Virus record (IMG/VR): IMGVR_UViG_3300024999_000065
Location: 28,136 to 92,135 of that record
Source: a virus
Reading direction: 5' to 3' (one strand)
Length of the DNA stretch: 64,000 bases
Of this stretch, positions 8,585-19,335 are shown in pieces. Position 1 is the stretch's first letter. The number at the start of each line of letters is the position of its first letter. A program made the translations under genes and the position numbers. The notes under the pieces are model-generated. The model searched no databases, was not told where the DNA came from, and worked only from the letters and a program-made list of their open reading frames with translations.

Positions 8585-9877
8585 TTAAATATTCTGTGCA
8601 ATATCAGCAATTGGACTTCTATAAACATTTTTTAATTTCACACAAGAGAAATACTCAGTGCCTTTAAATACATCTATAATTCTCTGCATACCATTTTCTC
8701 TACAATTACGTAAATCCTGCTGTTCTAACATATCTCCTTCTATTATGATCTTACATCCTTCTTTTGCTCTTTGAATAATTGTTCTCATAGTATAAGCATC
8801 TGTATTCTGCCCTTCACTAACAAATAGACAATCATTTTCTGATATTTCAATACCTCTAATATCACTAGTTGGAATTATCATTAATTTACCATTATTAATC
8901 AATGATTCAACTAAATTCATATCACCAAATTTACTCGATAATATACCACCTATACTATTTTGTAAAAGTTTTTCTGTTCTATTTCCGCTATAGAAACCAA
9001 GTTGTTCATTATTTCTTAATTTAACTGGATTAAATACGATTACACATTTACCTATTTTACCAGTATGTATATTTTGCATTATCCAAGATAAAGAAATCAT
9101 CGTTTTAGCTACTCCAGCTTTTCCAAACAATAAAGTTAAATCATTGTTTATTAATGATTCCATTGCTAATATTTGATATTCATCTCTTGGTTTAAAATCA
9201 GGAAAATAAATTGATTTAAATGGTTTATATTTTACAGGAATAAATGTAAAACTTTTATCATTCCACTTCTGTTTATCCACTACATTACCATTCTCATCCC
9301 TAATAATTAAATATTCATTATTTAATAAATCCCATCTATTAATAGGATTCTGATAATGTTCTGCCAATTCTATATTTGATAGAATAACTTCTTTATATCC
9401 ATTATACTTGTCATCACTCTTATCATCCCCATCAAATTTATCACATCTAATACCTAACAATTTACACTTTTGCCTAAATAATAAATCATTACTCAAACCA
9501 ATAATTTCAATACCATTTTCTTTACCGAATTCTTCATTACTAAAATATAGATTATTTAATACTGCAATAATATTATTATCCATACTATCTTTATCAAAAG
9601 ATAAAGGAAGTGTATATTCAAAATTATTTTCTCTAATTACATATTCAATCATGTCTTGATTTGCTTCTATATCTCTACTTGCTTGTCTTGCTTTATATTT
9701 TTTACTTTCATCAGAGGATAATTTGTGTTTGTCTAATTCATTTAGAACGTATCCACTAATCAATATTTTTGTATTGGTATCTTTATACTTATTAAAAATT
9801 TGTGCGGAATTAGACATAAGTACATTCGTATCACAAAAAACTTTAAGTGTTTTTCGTTCTTCTTTCATAAATTTCAT
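8585..9877 (-). CDS. phoH: PIN domain + PhoH-family ATPase fusion (PhoH2/YlaK-like)
   Basis: PIN: CDTNVL, ELD, MDNNI, SND; PhoH: variant Walker A GKAGVAKT, IRG, SEGQN, IEGD..QQD, RSPIA. Confidence 0.85.
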   Translation of the reverse strand: MKFMKEERKTLKVFCDTNVLMSNSAQIFNKYKDTNTKILISGYVLNELDKHKLSSDESKKYKARQASRDIEANQDMIEYVIRENNFEYTLPLSFDKDSMDNNIIAVLNNLYFSNEEFGKENGIEIIGLSNDLLFRQKCKLLGIRCDKFDGDDKSDDKYNGYKEVILSNIELAEHYQNPINRWDLLNNEYLIIRDENGNVVDKQKWNDKSFTFIPVKYKPFKSIYFPDFKPRDEYQILAMESLINNDLTLLFGKAGVAKTMISLSWIMQNIHTGKIGKCVIVFNPVKLRNNEQLGFYSGNRTEKLLQNSIGGILSSKFGDMNLVESLINNGKLMIIPTSDIRGIEISENDCLFVSEGQNTDAYTMRTIIQRAKEGCKIIIEGDMLEQQDLRNCRENGMQRIIDVFKGTEYFSCVKLKNVYRSPIADIAQNI

Positions 9878-9915
9878 TCCTTTACAGAAAATTTTTATTA
9901 CTACTTATTTAGTTT

Positions 9916-10098
9916 TTATTTGTTGCTAAATTTTAGTTTATCCATCAGTACATTTACCATATAATCAGGAACATAATACCTTTTCCTATGTTTCTTGCGT
10001 TTTGATGTGATACTTAAATCAGGATACTTACCCATTTCCATTTTGAGTATATTGTGTTTTATTAGTAAATCTTTCTCTTCTTTTGTGACTTGTTTCAA
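9916..10098 (-). CDS. Small basic hypothetical protein
   Basis: 60 aa, AGGAG RBS, TTG start. Confidence 0.6.
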   Translation of the reverse strand: MKQVTKEEKDLLIKHNILKMEMGKYPDLSITSKRKKHRKRYYVPDYMVNVLMDKLKFSNK

Positions 10099-10408
10099 GT
10101 TAAATTTAATTCTCCTTTTATATTGAATTTTTATTTAGTTTTTTGTTTTGTATTTAATTAGCATTCACTCATCATGAGTAAATTTATTTGTCAAAATAAA
10201 AAGAGAGCAAGGTATTAACCAAACTCTCTTCCGCATAAATCCGTTCCAACTTTAATTAATATTTTATTATTAATAAGGTATAGACTCTCCTTAAAAGACT
10301 ATTATCTATAAATGATTAATAAACAATCAATAAGTGTTAATATTACTTTGTTTATTACAATAATATATAATATTTTATAAAATATAATATATTAAACAAA
10401 CCCTTTAT

Positions 10409-11413
10409 TTATAGAAGTTTACTGGTAGTTTCTAATTGCGTAACATTTTTATTTCTCATTTTTCTCATTCTTAATTTAGCATTACTTCTTTCTTGTTTTC
10501 TTCTAATTTCCTTCCAGCAAATGGAGCAAAATTTTTGACGATTATTTGTAGGTTTGATTAATTTATTACAATTCTTGCATTGAATATAACCTTCAGATAA
10601 TTTTTTATTAATATTAATTATTATATTATCTACAATTACATCGCCAAAACTAGACCATAGAGTAGTTTTATAATTGCTTTTTTTATTCTTATATAAATAT
10701 TCAATTAATACATCAGTAATATACTTTTTATTATTATTAATACTAAGAATATCTTCTCTGATTGTTTTATACATATAAATAATATTTTTTACCTTGTCAT
10801 TATCGTCTTCTTTTTTATTAATTATAAAATATTTTTTTAAATCTAATTCATTATACTTATCTATAATCTTTATTGCACTATCAATTGTAATATCTATATT
10901 ATTACTACTCATAAGCATTTTATAATCAAACTTATTTAATCCTATTGATTTAAAATTAATTCTAGTATTAGGAATAATATCTTGCAACATATTTACTGTA
11001 CTATTATTTCTTTTCTCTACTTGTTTGATTGTTTTATTTTTTGCATATATAAAAAAATTAGGAAGTTTGTTTTTAGTATATTGTCGTATCTTTTTATTTA
11101 ACTTTATTGGTCTTTTAGGTTTATATAATGTCTTTGCATAATCTATAATAAAATTATTCTCCATACATAATAATTTTATTATATTTAAATCAACATCTTC
11201 ACTATTCCAAATTTTAGAAATATCATTACTAATTATACCAATATTACCACCTTTATATGCTGAAATTAAACCGTTATATATAGTTAAATCATTTATTTTT
11301 TCTTTACTTGCGGTTTTCATTTCATAATAAAGTGGAACTATATTTTTCATATTTCGTTCTGCAATATTTACAAGGTCTTTTTCAGCAATTACTAAAGACT
11401 TATCTCCATCTAC
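10409..11413 (-). CDS. yonO: YonO-like RNA polymerase, exon 2 (begins VDGDKSLV)
   Basis: Completes DxDGD after splicing; IGIISNDISKIWN, NFIIDYAKT; C-terminal CxxC zinc ribbon. Confidence 0.8.
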   Translation of the reverse strand, partial: VDGDKSLVIAEKDLVNIAERNMKNIVPLYYEMKTASKEKINDLTIYNGLISAYKGGNIGIISNDISKIWNSEDVDLNIIKLLCMENNFIIDYAKTLYKPKRPIKLNKKIRQYTKNKLPNFFIYAKNKTIKQVEKRNNSTVNMLQDIIPNTRINFKSIGLNKFDYKMLMSSNNIDITIDSAIKIIDKYNELDLKKYFIINKKEDDNDKVKNIIYMYKTIREDILSINNNKKYITDVLIEYLYKNKKSNYKTTLWSSFGDVIVDNIIININKKLSEGYIQCKNCNKLIKPTNNRQKFCSICWKEIRRKQERSNAKLRMRKMRNKNVTQLETTSKLL

Positions 11414-12483
11414 CATGTTATCCATACTTTCATATGGCACAGACTATATCTTCATAATAATATATCTCAATACTATTATGCTTGGCGTTTCGAGTTATGA
11501 TTTTCACATAATCTCTACTCTACTCGGTTATTCAGAAATATTTTTCAATTTCTTATCCTTTCGATAGTCGTTAGAGGTTATTGGTCTATTCTTTATAACT
11601 ATAATTTAATAAATTTAAATCCCTTATATGGTGTGTCAAATTTAATGCTTCTTCTAATTCCAACCCTTATAACTTCTGGATTGTTTGAAAAACCATGATT
11701 TTTATGTAAATATTCACAACATAAACCTATATAATCAAATTCTTTTACAAAATTTATATTATCATCATATAATTGTATTTTTGTTGACATTCCATTTTGT
11801 ATTCCTTTTCTTGATTGTTTTTCTAATGCTAATTGTGGATTTTCCTTATATTTTATTTTTAAAGTATTATTGTTATAATTAGGATTAGAAGAACCATTTT
11901 TATTCTTATTAACATTAATCAACCAATCATCATATTTATCTCCCATTCTTTCTTTTGGAGAAATTCCAAATTGACTATTTTGTTCTCCTTTATGTTTTTC
12001 GGACATTGCTCTTTTTGTTGATTCAGAATGTGTATACCCACTAATACCTTCACCACCATTTGTATAATTACAATTACATTGATTAATTAATTTGTATTTA
12101 GCAATAGTATCAATTTCTAGTTTAAATGCTTCATCTTCTTTTAAATTAGAATATATTATTCTAACATTGCAATTGTATTTATTTTTATAATTTATAAAGT
12201 GTTTATTTCTAACAGATTTAGTAGATAATTTATATCTTCCATCAATTCCTTTACCAACATAAAAAACATATCCTGTATCAATATTATACCATTCATATAT
12301 GTAATAATTATTTTTTACTTTTAAACCTCCTCTAAGTTTAAAAGAATAGACCAATCTTCCTACGGGATTGTCGGTGACATTACTCAGTACGATTTCCCCG
12401 TTAGCCATATAACTATTTTTTTAATGTTATATGACACCCTATTTTTATAGGTTAGCCAAGTTTTTATTCGACATATAATGTCT
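11414..12483 (-). mobile_element. Group I self-splicing intron
   Basis: P1 ATTCGAT/GTCGAAT with U-G at the 5' splice site; P AACGGGGAAA, Q AATCCCGTAG, R AACGACTA, S AAGATATAGTCT; terminal G; splicing restores QFD|VDGD in frame. Confidence 0.9.
11599..12408 (-). CDS. Intron-encoded GIY-YIG homing endonuclease with NUMOD3-like region
   Basis: YIY...FYVGKG..R...E...CNYT.GGEG, HSESTKRAMS; RBS-supported start is GTA at 12318. Confidence 0.85.
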   Translation of the reverse strand: MANGEIVLSNVTDNPVGRLVYSFKLRGGLKVKNNYYIYEWYNIDTGYVFYVGKGIDGRYKLSTKSVRNKHFINYKNKYNCNVRIIYSNLKEDEAFKLEIDTIAKYKLINQCNCNYTNGGEGISGYTHSESTKRAMSEKHKGEQNSQFGISPKERMGDKYDDWLINVNKNKNGSSNPNYNNNTLKIKYKENPQLALEKQSRKGIQNGMSTKIQLYDDNINFVKEFDYIGLCCEYLHKNHGFSNNPEVIRVGIRRSIKFDTPYKGFKFIKL

Positions 12484-14166
12484 ATCGAATTGTAATATTT
12501 TTGAAATTAAATCATGACAACTAGTATATACACCATTTGTAATAAACCAATTATCTTTTTTATCATCTATAATATTCTTTCTTATCGCATGTTCTCTGAA
12601 AAGATGTGGACTTCTCACACAATCTAATTTTTCAATATCTTTATATAATTTACAATATACTTCACCATCTTTAAGTAAACCTTTTGGTTCTTTTTTTAAA
12701 ATAAACCACTCACAAAATGAATACAAGTCAGGTATGATAAAAGTATAATTACTAAGTTGTTCTATTTTAGCTGACCATGCCTTTCTTACCATACTTTTCT
12801 TTACATTTTTCAAAATCTCTTTACTATATACATCACTCAATAATTCAGGATAAATTTCTATTGCTTGTTGTAAATAATTTTTATCATTATTCGATTTAGT
12901 TACCCCTAATACTTTTAACATGGTTTTTCTATCATTACCTATATTTAATATATCTTTTTTAGTTTTATAACAAAGTTTTTCTAATTCATTATATGTAATA
13001 TCTGTTAATGATTGAAGTATCTGATAACTAATCTCTGCATTATTAAATAAATCACCTTCTTCATTACATTTACCTGCTTGACAATGATAATATTTGTAAT
13101 TTTCTTTATAAATATCCCAACCATATTTTATTACTTTATTATTTTCATCTAATATATTAGGGTAGTATTTCCACATTTTAAACTGACTTTTTACAAAGAT
13201 AACTTCTATATCATCTTTTAATAAATCCCATTCTTTACCAAAAATATCTTTAACTTTACCATAATATTTATTATTATTTGTATTTTCATTTGCTTTATGT
13301 ATAAAAGAATCAAATAAAAATGGAGATAATAAACCTTTTATCCAAGGTAGACGCACCATCATATTTTTTTTAGATACTCTTGGTAATATCATTCCGCAAC
13401 CATCCGTATGTGTAATTGGAACTTTCATTGTTTTTCTTGTGACTTCATAACTTATATCACTAATAAAATCTACTTCACCTTCAACTAATGTTTCCATATC
13501 TTCAACAACAATTGCTTTATCAATATTAAAATCTGTCCATTCATCTGTTGCAGAATTACACAAAGCTAAATATGCAAGATATTTATTAATGTTAACTCCT
13601 TCTAATTTATTAATATTATCAATTGTTAATCCACACATTAATGTATTTTGATATTTTTTAAATAAACTTTCTTTAATAAAAACTGATTTTTTTGTTCTAA
13701 TTTGTCCAGCAGAGGAGGAAAAATAAATATACTTTTCTCCTCCATAAATAAAACCATTAAGAACAATATCTTTAAGTACATCAAAAAAATAAGTCTGAAC
13801 AATAAAAATATCTGTAGTAAGTTTATCTATAGGTATTTTTAATGTCCTAGTTAAAACTGAATCAAACATAGAAATTACTTTATGAACACTTAAGCAATCT
13901 TTATTTAAAAATCTAATATCAATATTACATCTTAATTCATTCTTAAGTTTATCTTTAAGATTTCTAATTCTTCTATTTGCATTTGTTATATATTTATCTA
14001 ATTTATTTAATGTTATATTGTCTAAATTCTTTTTATTTCTTTTTTCTCTCAAAGTCTTTCTAAATAAATATATTTTATTTAATTGCTTATGTATTTTCAT
14101 TTCTTTTTCATTATAAAAACAACTTGTATCAACCATATATAAATGTATTTGTTTATCTAGTGCCAA
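12484..14166 (-). CDS. yonO: YonO-like single-chain RNA polymerase, exon 1
   Basis: SAGQIRTKK, HTDGCGM, RLPWIKG, SQFKMWKYY, RSPHLFREH, HDLISKILQFD; spliced product about 895 aa. Confidence 0.85.
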
Positions 14167-14183
14167 ATATATTGCCCTCCTTT

Positions 14184-14864
14184 TTAATAAATATCAAAAT
14201 TATAGTCAGGTAATTTTATATTTAATTTATTAATTGCATCAATAATAGTTTTTTGTGTTTTTACATCATCACAATAATTATAAAAAATATAATTCGCAAT
14301 TGCTCTTTTCTTAGTATCTTCTTCATCTAAACCTAAATATTTTAAAAACTCTATTAACTCATAATTAATATCATTATATTCTAAATTCAAATAATTCATT
14401 AATTTTAACAAATCATCCAAATAAAAGTATTCTAAATTATAGATAATATCTGTTTCATCTTCTTCTCTATAATTATCTAAATAATACATTATAGATTCAT
14501 CACCATCCCAATCAGGATATTCATGTTCTGGTGTGAAGTTATCATATTCATAACTATTGCAACTTTCTTCAAATTCTTTTTCTGCTTCTATCAAACATAA
14601 TTTAACTAAATTTAAATTTTCAATATTAAAAATTCTTCCTTCATCTATTTTGTATAATTTTTCTGTAATTATTTCATTTTCTTTTTGTCCATAATATGAA
14701 AAAACTATTTCTTTATCATTATCTAAATAATTTATAAATTGAACCTCAACAAAACCTTTAACCTTACCACCTTTTAATTTATTAATTACTTTAAACTTAA
14801 CAATTTTTTCTTCATCTATTGTATAATATTCTTTTCCTATTTTTAAATCTTTTAAATTTATCAT
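14184..14864 (-). CDS. Hypothetical protein
   Basis: 226 aa with AGGAG RBS. Confidence 0.7.
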   Translation of the reverse strand: MINLKDLKIGKEYYTIDEEKIVKFKVINKLKGGKVKGFVEVQFINYLDNDKEIVFSYYGQKENEIITEKLYKIDEGRIFNIENLNLVKLCLIEAEKEFEESCNSYEYDNFTPEHEYPDWDGDESIMYYLDNYREEDETDIIYNLEYFYLDDLLKLMNYLNLEYNDINYELIEFLKYLGLDEEDTKKRAIANYIFYNYCDDVKTQKTIIDAINKLNIKLPDYNFDIY

Positions 14865-14974
14865 AATATAATCTCCTTTTAAAATTTATATTTATAAAAT
14901 ATTTAGTTTAGTACAAGAGATATTTCACTCTTGTACTAACGTCTATCTAATCACTATCTCCTAATCCCAACTAA

Positions 14975-15415
14975 CTAACAATCCATCATATAATCATTAA
15001 ACCTCTCATAAACTTCTTCTTTCCCAATCCCATATATACTTTCACACTTCTGTATAATTCCACCTTGTATCCATTCAAAAACATTTCTACTCTCAAACTT
15101 ATTGTCAATATAAAATGGTTGACTACCTTTGAATTCCAACATCATACCTACACTTTCATTTCTAACTCCATGACCTTTAACTAAATAATTATATTGTGAG
15201 AAAATAACTTCTAACCACAATTCACATCTTAATTCATCCTTAAAACACTTCATATTATCATCCATATATTCTATATACTCTGCTTTAACTTTTATATTAT
15301 TAGAAATTTCTTCACCAAAAGTTTCTACTACAAAATTATGTAATTTTTCTTCCATAATTGTTTCAATTTCATCTAAATCATATTCAGATACAATAAAATT
15401 CTTGTCAATAGTCAT
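14975..15415 (-). CDS. Hypothetical protein
   Basis: 146 aa ORF in operon. Confidence 0.65.
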   Translation of the reverse strand: MTIDKNFIVSEYDLDEIETIMEEKLHNFVVETFGEEISNNIKVKAEYIEYMDDNMKCFKDELRCELWLEVIFSQYNYLVKGHGVRNESVGMMLEFKGSQPFYIDNKFESRNVFEWIQGGIIQKCESIYGIGKEEVYERFNDYMMDC

Positions 15416-15449
15416 AATATTAATCTTCTTTATTATTTATAATTTATAT

Positions 15450-15926
15450 TTATTGTGTTTTATCTGTCGTTAAACTAATCAAATCCATCATCAACTTTTT
15501 ATCTTTCTCACTCATATAATTAACTTTATGTACAACATCAATCAACTTTTCAATAGAATAAGTCGATATACCACTTAAAGCATTGCTAACTTCTTTAATC
15601 TGACTAGTAACCTTTTCTAACTCAGGTTTTAATTGTGTAATCTTATTTTTCAATTTATAAATCTTCTCATCATGCTCTCCCCATAATTCTTCTAATACTT
15701 TTTGCTGTTCATCATAAACTTTTTTAAGTTCAGTTTTATAAGTTAAACCAAATGATTTCAATCTTAATAAATCATCATCTAAACTTTCAATACTATTTTG
15801 AATATCTAATTTTCTTTCTTTAATTAATTTATCAACAAAATTCTTTCTATTATCATCTAAATCTAATTCTTTAAACATTTCTGCTTGTTCTTTTGTGACC
15901 CAAATTAATTCTCTGTTATCACTCAT
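15450..15926 (-). CDS. Hypothetical coiled-coil protein
   Basis: 158 aa, heptad-like pattern, AGGAG RBS. Confidence 0.7.
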   Translation of the reverse strand: MSDNRELIWVTKEQAEMFKELDLDDNRKNFVDKLIKERKLDIQNSIESLDDDLLRLKSFGLTYKTELKKVYDEQQKVLEELWGEHDEKIYKLKNKITQLKPELEKVTSQIKEVSNALSGISTYSIEKLIDVVHKVNYMSEKDKKLMMDLISLTTDKTQ

Positions 15927-15980
15927 AATATAATCTCCTTTATTTATATTTATTATTTTAAATTTATATATAAATACTAC

Positions 15981-16205
15981 TTAATATCCTATAATTTCTA
16001 GAATTAATAAATAATTCTCCTTATAAAATTCACTTCTGCATATCTTATCACAGAATAAATTGTTATCTACATCTTTCACAATATCTCTATCCTTACTATC
16101 TAATTCCTTTAAACAATTAGCACAAAAATATGTATTATCACTATTACTATCATTAATCTCTTTAAATCCATTACTCCTTTCAATTATATTATTATTTTGT
16201 CCCAT
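15981..16205 (-). CDS. Small zinc-finger protein
   Basis: CANC...FCDKIC. Confidence 0.65.
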   Translation of the reverse strand: MGQNNNIIERSNGFKEINDSNSDNTYFCANCLKELDSKDRDIVKDVDNNLFCDKICRSEFYKENYLLILEIIGY

Positions 16206-16581
16206 ATAAATTCTCTACTCCTTGCTTCCTACCCATATCATCTAAAATTTCACTACTAATTTCAATATCTACAAAATCATCACAATTATTAAATAGCACT
16301 GATTCTAAATCCTCACTATTAACATGATAACTAAGCAATCCATTTTTATCATCAATCTTATTTAATAGTCTGCCTGATTCATTAAATAATATCTTACAAC
16401 CTTTCATAATTTTAATTTCTATTTGATTATTTGAAGAGTAGCATATATTATATAATATGTCTGATATGTTGATTGTTGATTTAGTAGTGGGGGAGTATGA
16501 TGTATAAATATTTCCGTCATTATAAATAAGTTTCCCACTATAAACATGTAAATTCTTACTTATTGTTTTATTATTACCCAT
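16192..16581 (-). CDS. Hypothetical protein
   Basis: 129 aa with RBS, overlaps next gene. Confidence 0.65.
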   Translation of the reverse strand: MGNNKTISKNLHVYSGKLIYNDGNIYTSYSPTTKSTINISDILYNICYSSNNQIEIKIMKGCKILFNESGRLLNKIDDKNGLLSYHVNSEDLESVLFNNCDDFVDIEISSEILDDMGRKQGVENLYGTK

Positions 16582-16692
16582 ATGTAATTCCTTCTTTCTA
16601 TTTTATTTATTTTTATAATCTATGAAATTTATTTTAGTGATTTACAAAGTGAAATTTAAACATTGCTTTGTAAATCACTAGCCTTACATCAA

Positions 16693-16950
16693 TCACAATT
16701 CATGCAATGTATTTCTAACTCTTCTTACTAACCAAAACCATTTTTCTGTTTCATATTTCTGTCTAAGCAAATCATCAATATCAAACCAATAACTTTTAAA
16801 ATTGCCACCATTCATAAATTTAACCATTGCTAAATATGCTTCATCACTTGTTAATTTATTGTTTTCATGTTCTTCATTAAGAATTTTAGCACTATTCATT
16901 ACTATTGGTGCTTTTCTAGCAACAGTTTTTACACGGTCTATTCTTAGCAT
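16693..16950 (-). CDS. Hypothetical protein
   Basis: GAGGTG RBS before ATG 16950; hairpin at about 16636-16681 downstream. Confidence 0.55.
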   Translation of the reverse strand: MLRIDRVKTVARKAPIVMNSAKILNEEHENNKLTSDEAYLAMVKFMNGGNFKSYWFDIDDLLRQKYETEKWFWLVRRVRNTLHEL

Positions 16951-17024
16951 AATAATCACCTCAAGGATATTATACCACTTATTATTATATTTATCAATAT
17001 GTATTTTTATTTTATGTATAATAA

Positions 17025-17750
17025 TTATATTTCCATTTTATAATTCATTTTTAAATACATTTCATCTAATTCTTTCTTAAATCTATTTTCCAGATCCTGA
17101 ATACTTTCTTTTGCTCTAAACTGATTCCAAGACCTATTATCCATATCTTTAAGTTTTCCCCATAAATCAGGGTAATATATGTATAGATTTCTTAATTCTC
17201 TTAAACTAGAGAAAGGACAACACCAACAACTAACTCTATTAAATTTAGTATACAAACCACCCCAATCAAAACCTTTATCATAACAATATTTTAATGCTTC
17301 CCCTTCTGTCATTTTCCAATCAATTAATGGATATCTTTTAAATTGATTATCATCTACTCTATTTAATTCATCCATACAAATACCTATGTATTGAATATAA
17401 TTGCCATTATTATACTTCTTATTTAAATATGATTTTATTAAATCTCTTTTTAATACTGAAGTACACCATCTATTTTTACCTTGAGATGCCCATGCATATC
17501 CTTTTTGTCCTTTATTTTTTCCTCTTGTTTTTTCATGATCAAACATCCAGTAGTCGAATGTACGATTTTACAAAATCGTACATTGCATATTTATGTATTG
17601 TTTAACATTTTCAATATGTTTATAAAGTTGTGGAAATTCTTTTGTTGTATCACAAAATACAATTTCATCTATTTGCATACCCTTTTCAATCATCATTAGC
17701 AACATTGCTGTTGAATCTTTTCCACCTGAAAAACTAACTATGTGTTTCAA
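17025..17750 (-). pseudogene. PAPS reductase-like (PP-loop) protein interrupted by one in-frame TAA
   Basis: SFSGGKDS, RWCT..LK, YPL..W, RVSCWCCP; the two track ORFs are in the same frame with TAA at 17568-17570. Confidence 0.8.
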
Positions 17751-17795
17751 TATGTAATTTCTCCTTTTGTATTATTAATTAACTGATATATTTAA

Positions 17796-18089
17796 TCAAA
17801 CCAATTGTAAAACCTCATCCCAATCATATCTAACAATATTACCAGTTTTAATATCAACAATCTCTCTATAATAATCTCCGTCTATCATCATATACCCATA
17901 TTCCTTTAATATATCTGAATTAAATTCATTAGTTTCATATGGAGCAAATACCAATTTCTCTTGATTAGTTTCTTCATCCAATATGTATAGGTTTGCTTCT
18001 ATGTTCCATGATGTGTATATTGCTTTAGGTAAATTATCTTCTATGAAATATCCACTATCACCCATATTGTTTTCATAATAAAATTTCAT
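17796..18089 (-). CDS. Hypothetical protein
   Basis: 97 aa with RBS. Confidence 0.65.
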   Translation of the reverse strand: MKFYYENNMGDSGYFIEDNLPKAIYTSWNIEANLYILDEETNQEKLVFAPYETNEFNSDILKEYGYMMIDGDYYREIVDIKTGNIVRYDWDEVLQLV

Positions 18090-18382
18090 ACCTTTATTTC
18101 TCCTTTATTAGAATTTATTTTTATCATTAAAATAATTCAAATTAGCGACTTAAAATCACTAAACATAAACTTACACATGAATTTTGAATTCAACCTAAAA
18201 TATCTTCAATTTTTACCAACAAAAACATTAATAAACTATTGTTATTATTGTATTTGTAAGCATTTTTAATATTTTATAAAATCAAATCGCTTACAAATCC
18301 TTAATCTATAAGGGTTTTGACGCATTTTATAAAACTATGTATTTTTATATTGAGGTACGGAATTCAATCAAAAAATTATATA

Positions 18383-18766
18383 TTAAACTTTACTATTATT
18401 ATTACCTTCTTTCAATTTTGATTTATGTTCTTTTAATTGTTCTAGTTTTCCTTTGATTTGTAATTTAACACATTCATGTAATACATCTATATACTTTTCA
18501 TCACAAATATAAATACTTTCTGAATCACCTTCACATAATAAATTTAATTTTACACCTTTTGATTCTAATTGTGGTACAATATTATTACTTGTTTGTGTAG
18601 AAGGGAAGAAGATACCTAGTTTGTTTTTATCATATCTGTATATTTCTATATTATATTTTCCTTTTAAATATGTATTATTTTTCTTTGTGTGTTTGTCTAT
18701 AATTGTTTTTTGTGTTAATAAATCAGACTCGTAAAATAAAGTATAGATACCTAAATATTTATTTAT
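18383..18766 (-). CDS. Hypothetical protein with ATA start (missed by ORF track)
   Basis: 127 open codons (INKYLGIYTLFYESDLL...EGDSESIY...) behind AGGAGGT. Confidence 0.6.
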   Translation of the reverse strand: MNKYLGIYTLFYESDLLTQKTIIDKHTKKNNTYLKGKYNIEIYRYDKNKLGIFFPSTQTSNNIVPQLESKGVKLNLLCEGDSESIYICDEKYIDVLHECVKLQIKGKLEQLKEHKSKLKEGNNNSKV

Positions 18767-18816
18767 GGAAACATAACCTCCTTTCTTATAAAATTTATAT
18801 AAATTTAACTTAAACT

Positions 18817-18975
18817 TTATTTAACCTCCTTTTCTAATATTGTAAAAGTAACCATAGAATTATCTACATATTGTAATAATTCTGTTCTAATTATATTAGT
18901 TATTTTATCAAGAATAATAGGAATTGTTTCTGGTTTGTTTGTTTCAAACTCAACTTTATATTCATATTTATCCAT
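18817..18975 (-). CDS. Small hypothetical protein
   Basis: 52 aa MDKYEYKVEFETNKPE..., AGGAG RBS. Confidence 0.55.
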   Translation of the reverse strand: MDKYEYKVEFETNKPETIPIILDKITNIIRTELLQYVDNSMVTFTILEKEVK

Positions 18976-18980
18976 ATAAA

Positions 18981-19187
18981 TTATTCTCCTTTCTTATAAA
19001 AATCATCATAACATTTATTTTCAATTTTTAACATATTGCAAATATTCATACCATTGTCATCAATCCAGTTTAAAAATTTAAAAACATTACATTCATTATA
19101 TTTAATTTCTATATCACAAATGTTTTTATATCTACATTCTTCTGTACAAAATTTATCAATTATACATTGATTTATAAAATTAATAAT
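18981..19187 (-). CDS. Small Cys-containing protein with ATT start
   Basis: 68 open codons behind AAAGGAGGT; no ATG near the RBS. Confidence 0.5.
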   Translation of the reverse strand: MINFINQCIIDKFCTEECRYKNICDIEIKYNECNVFKFLNWIDDNGMNICNMLKIENKCYDDFYKKGE

Positions 19188-19335
19188 AAAAACCTCCTTT
19201 CTTTATGGATTTGTGTTGCTTTTTTTAAGATTGCTTGTTTATGTATTTGTTTATTGATTAATTGTATTATAGCATGAGAGTAGGTTATAAGTCAATATAT
19301 TTATTTTTATATTATGTTAAATATTTAATATATTA

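Noticed and set aside
11414-11440. Track N-terminus MPYESMDNM of ORF 10409..11440 and C-terminus RHYMSNKNLANL of ORF 12445..14166
   Set aside because: Both are intron sequence removed by splicing
17568-17570. Alternative genetic code or stop-codon reassignment
   Set aside because: TAA terminates most genes in the window; only this gene has an internal stop
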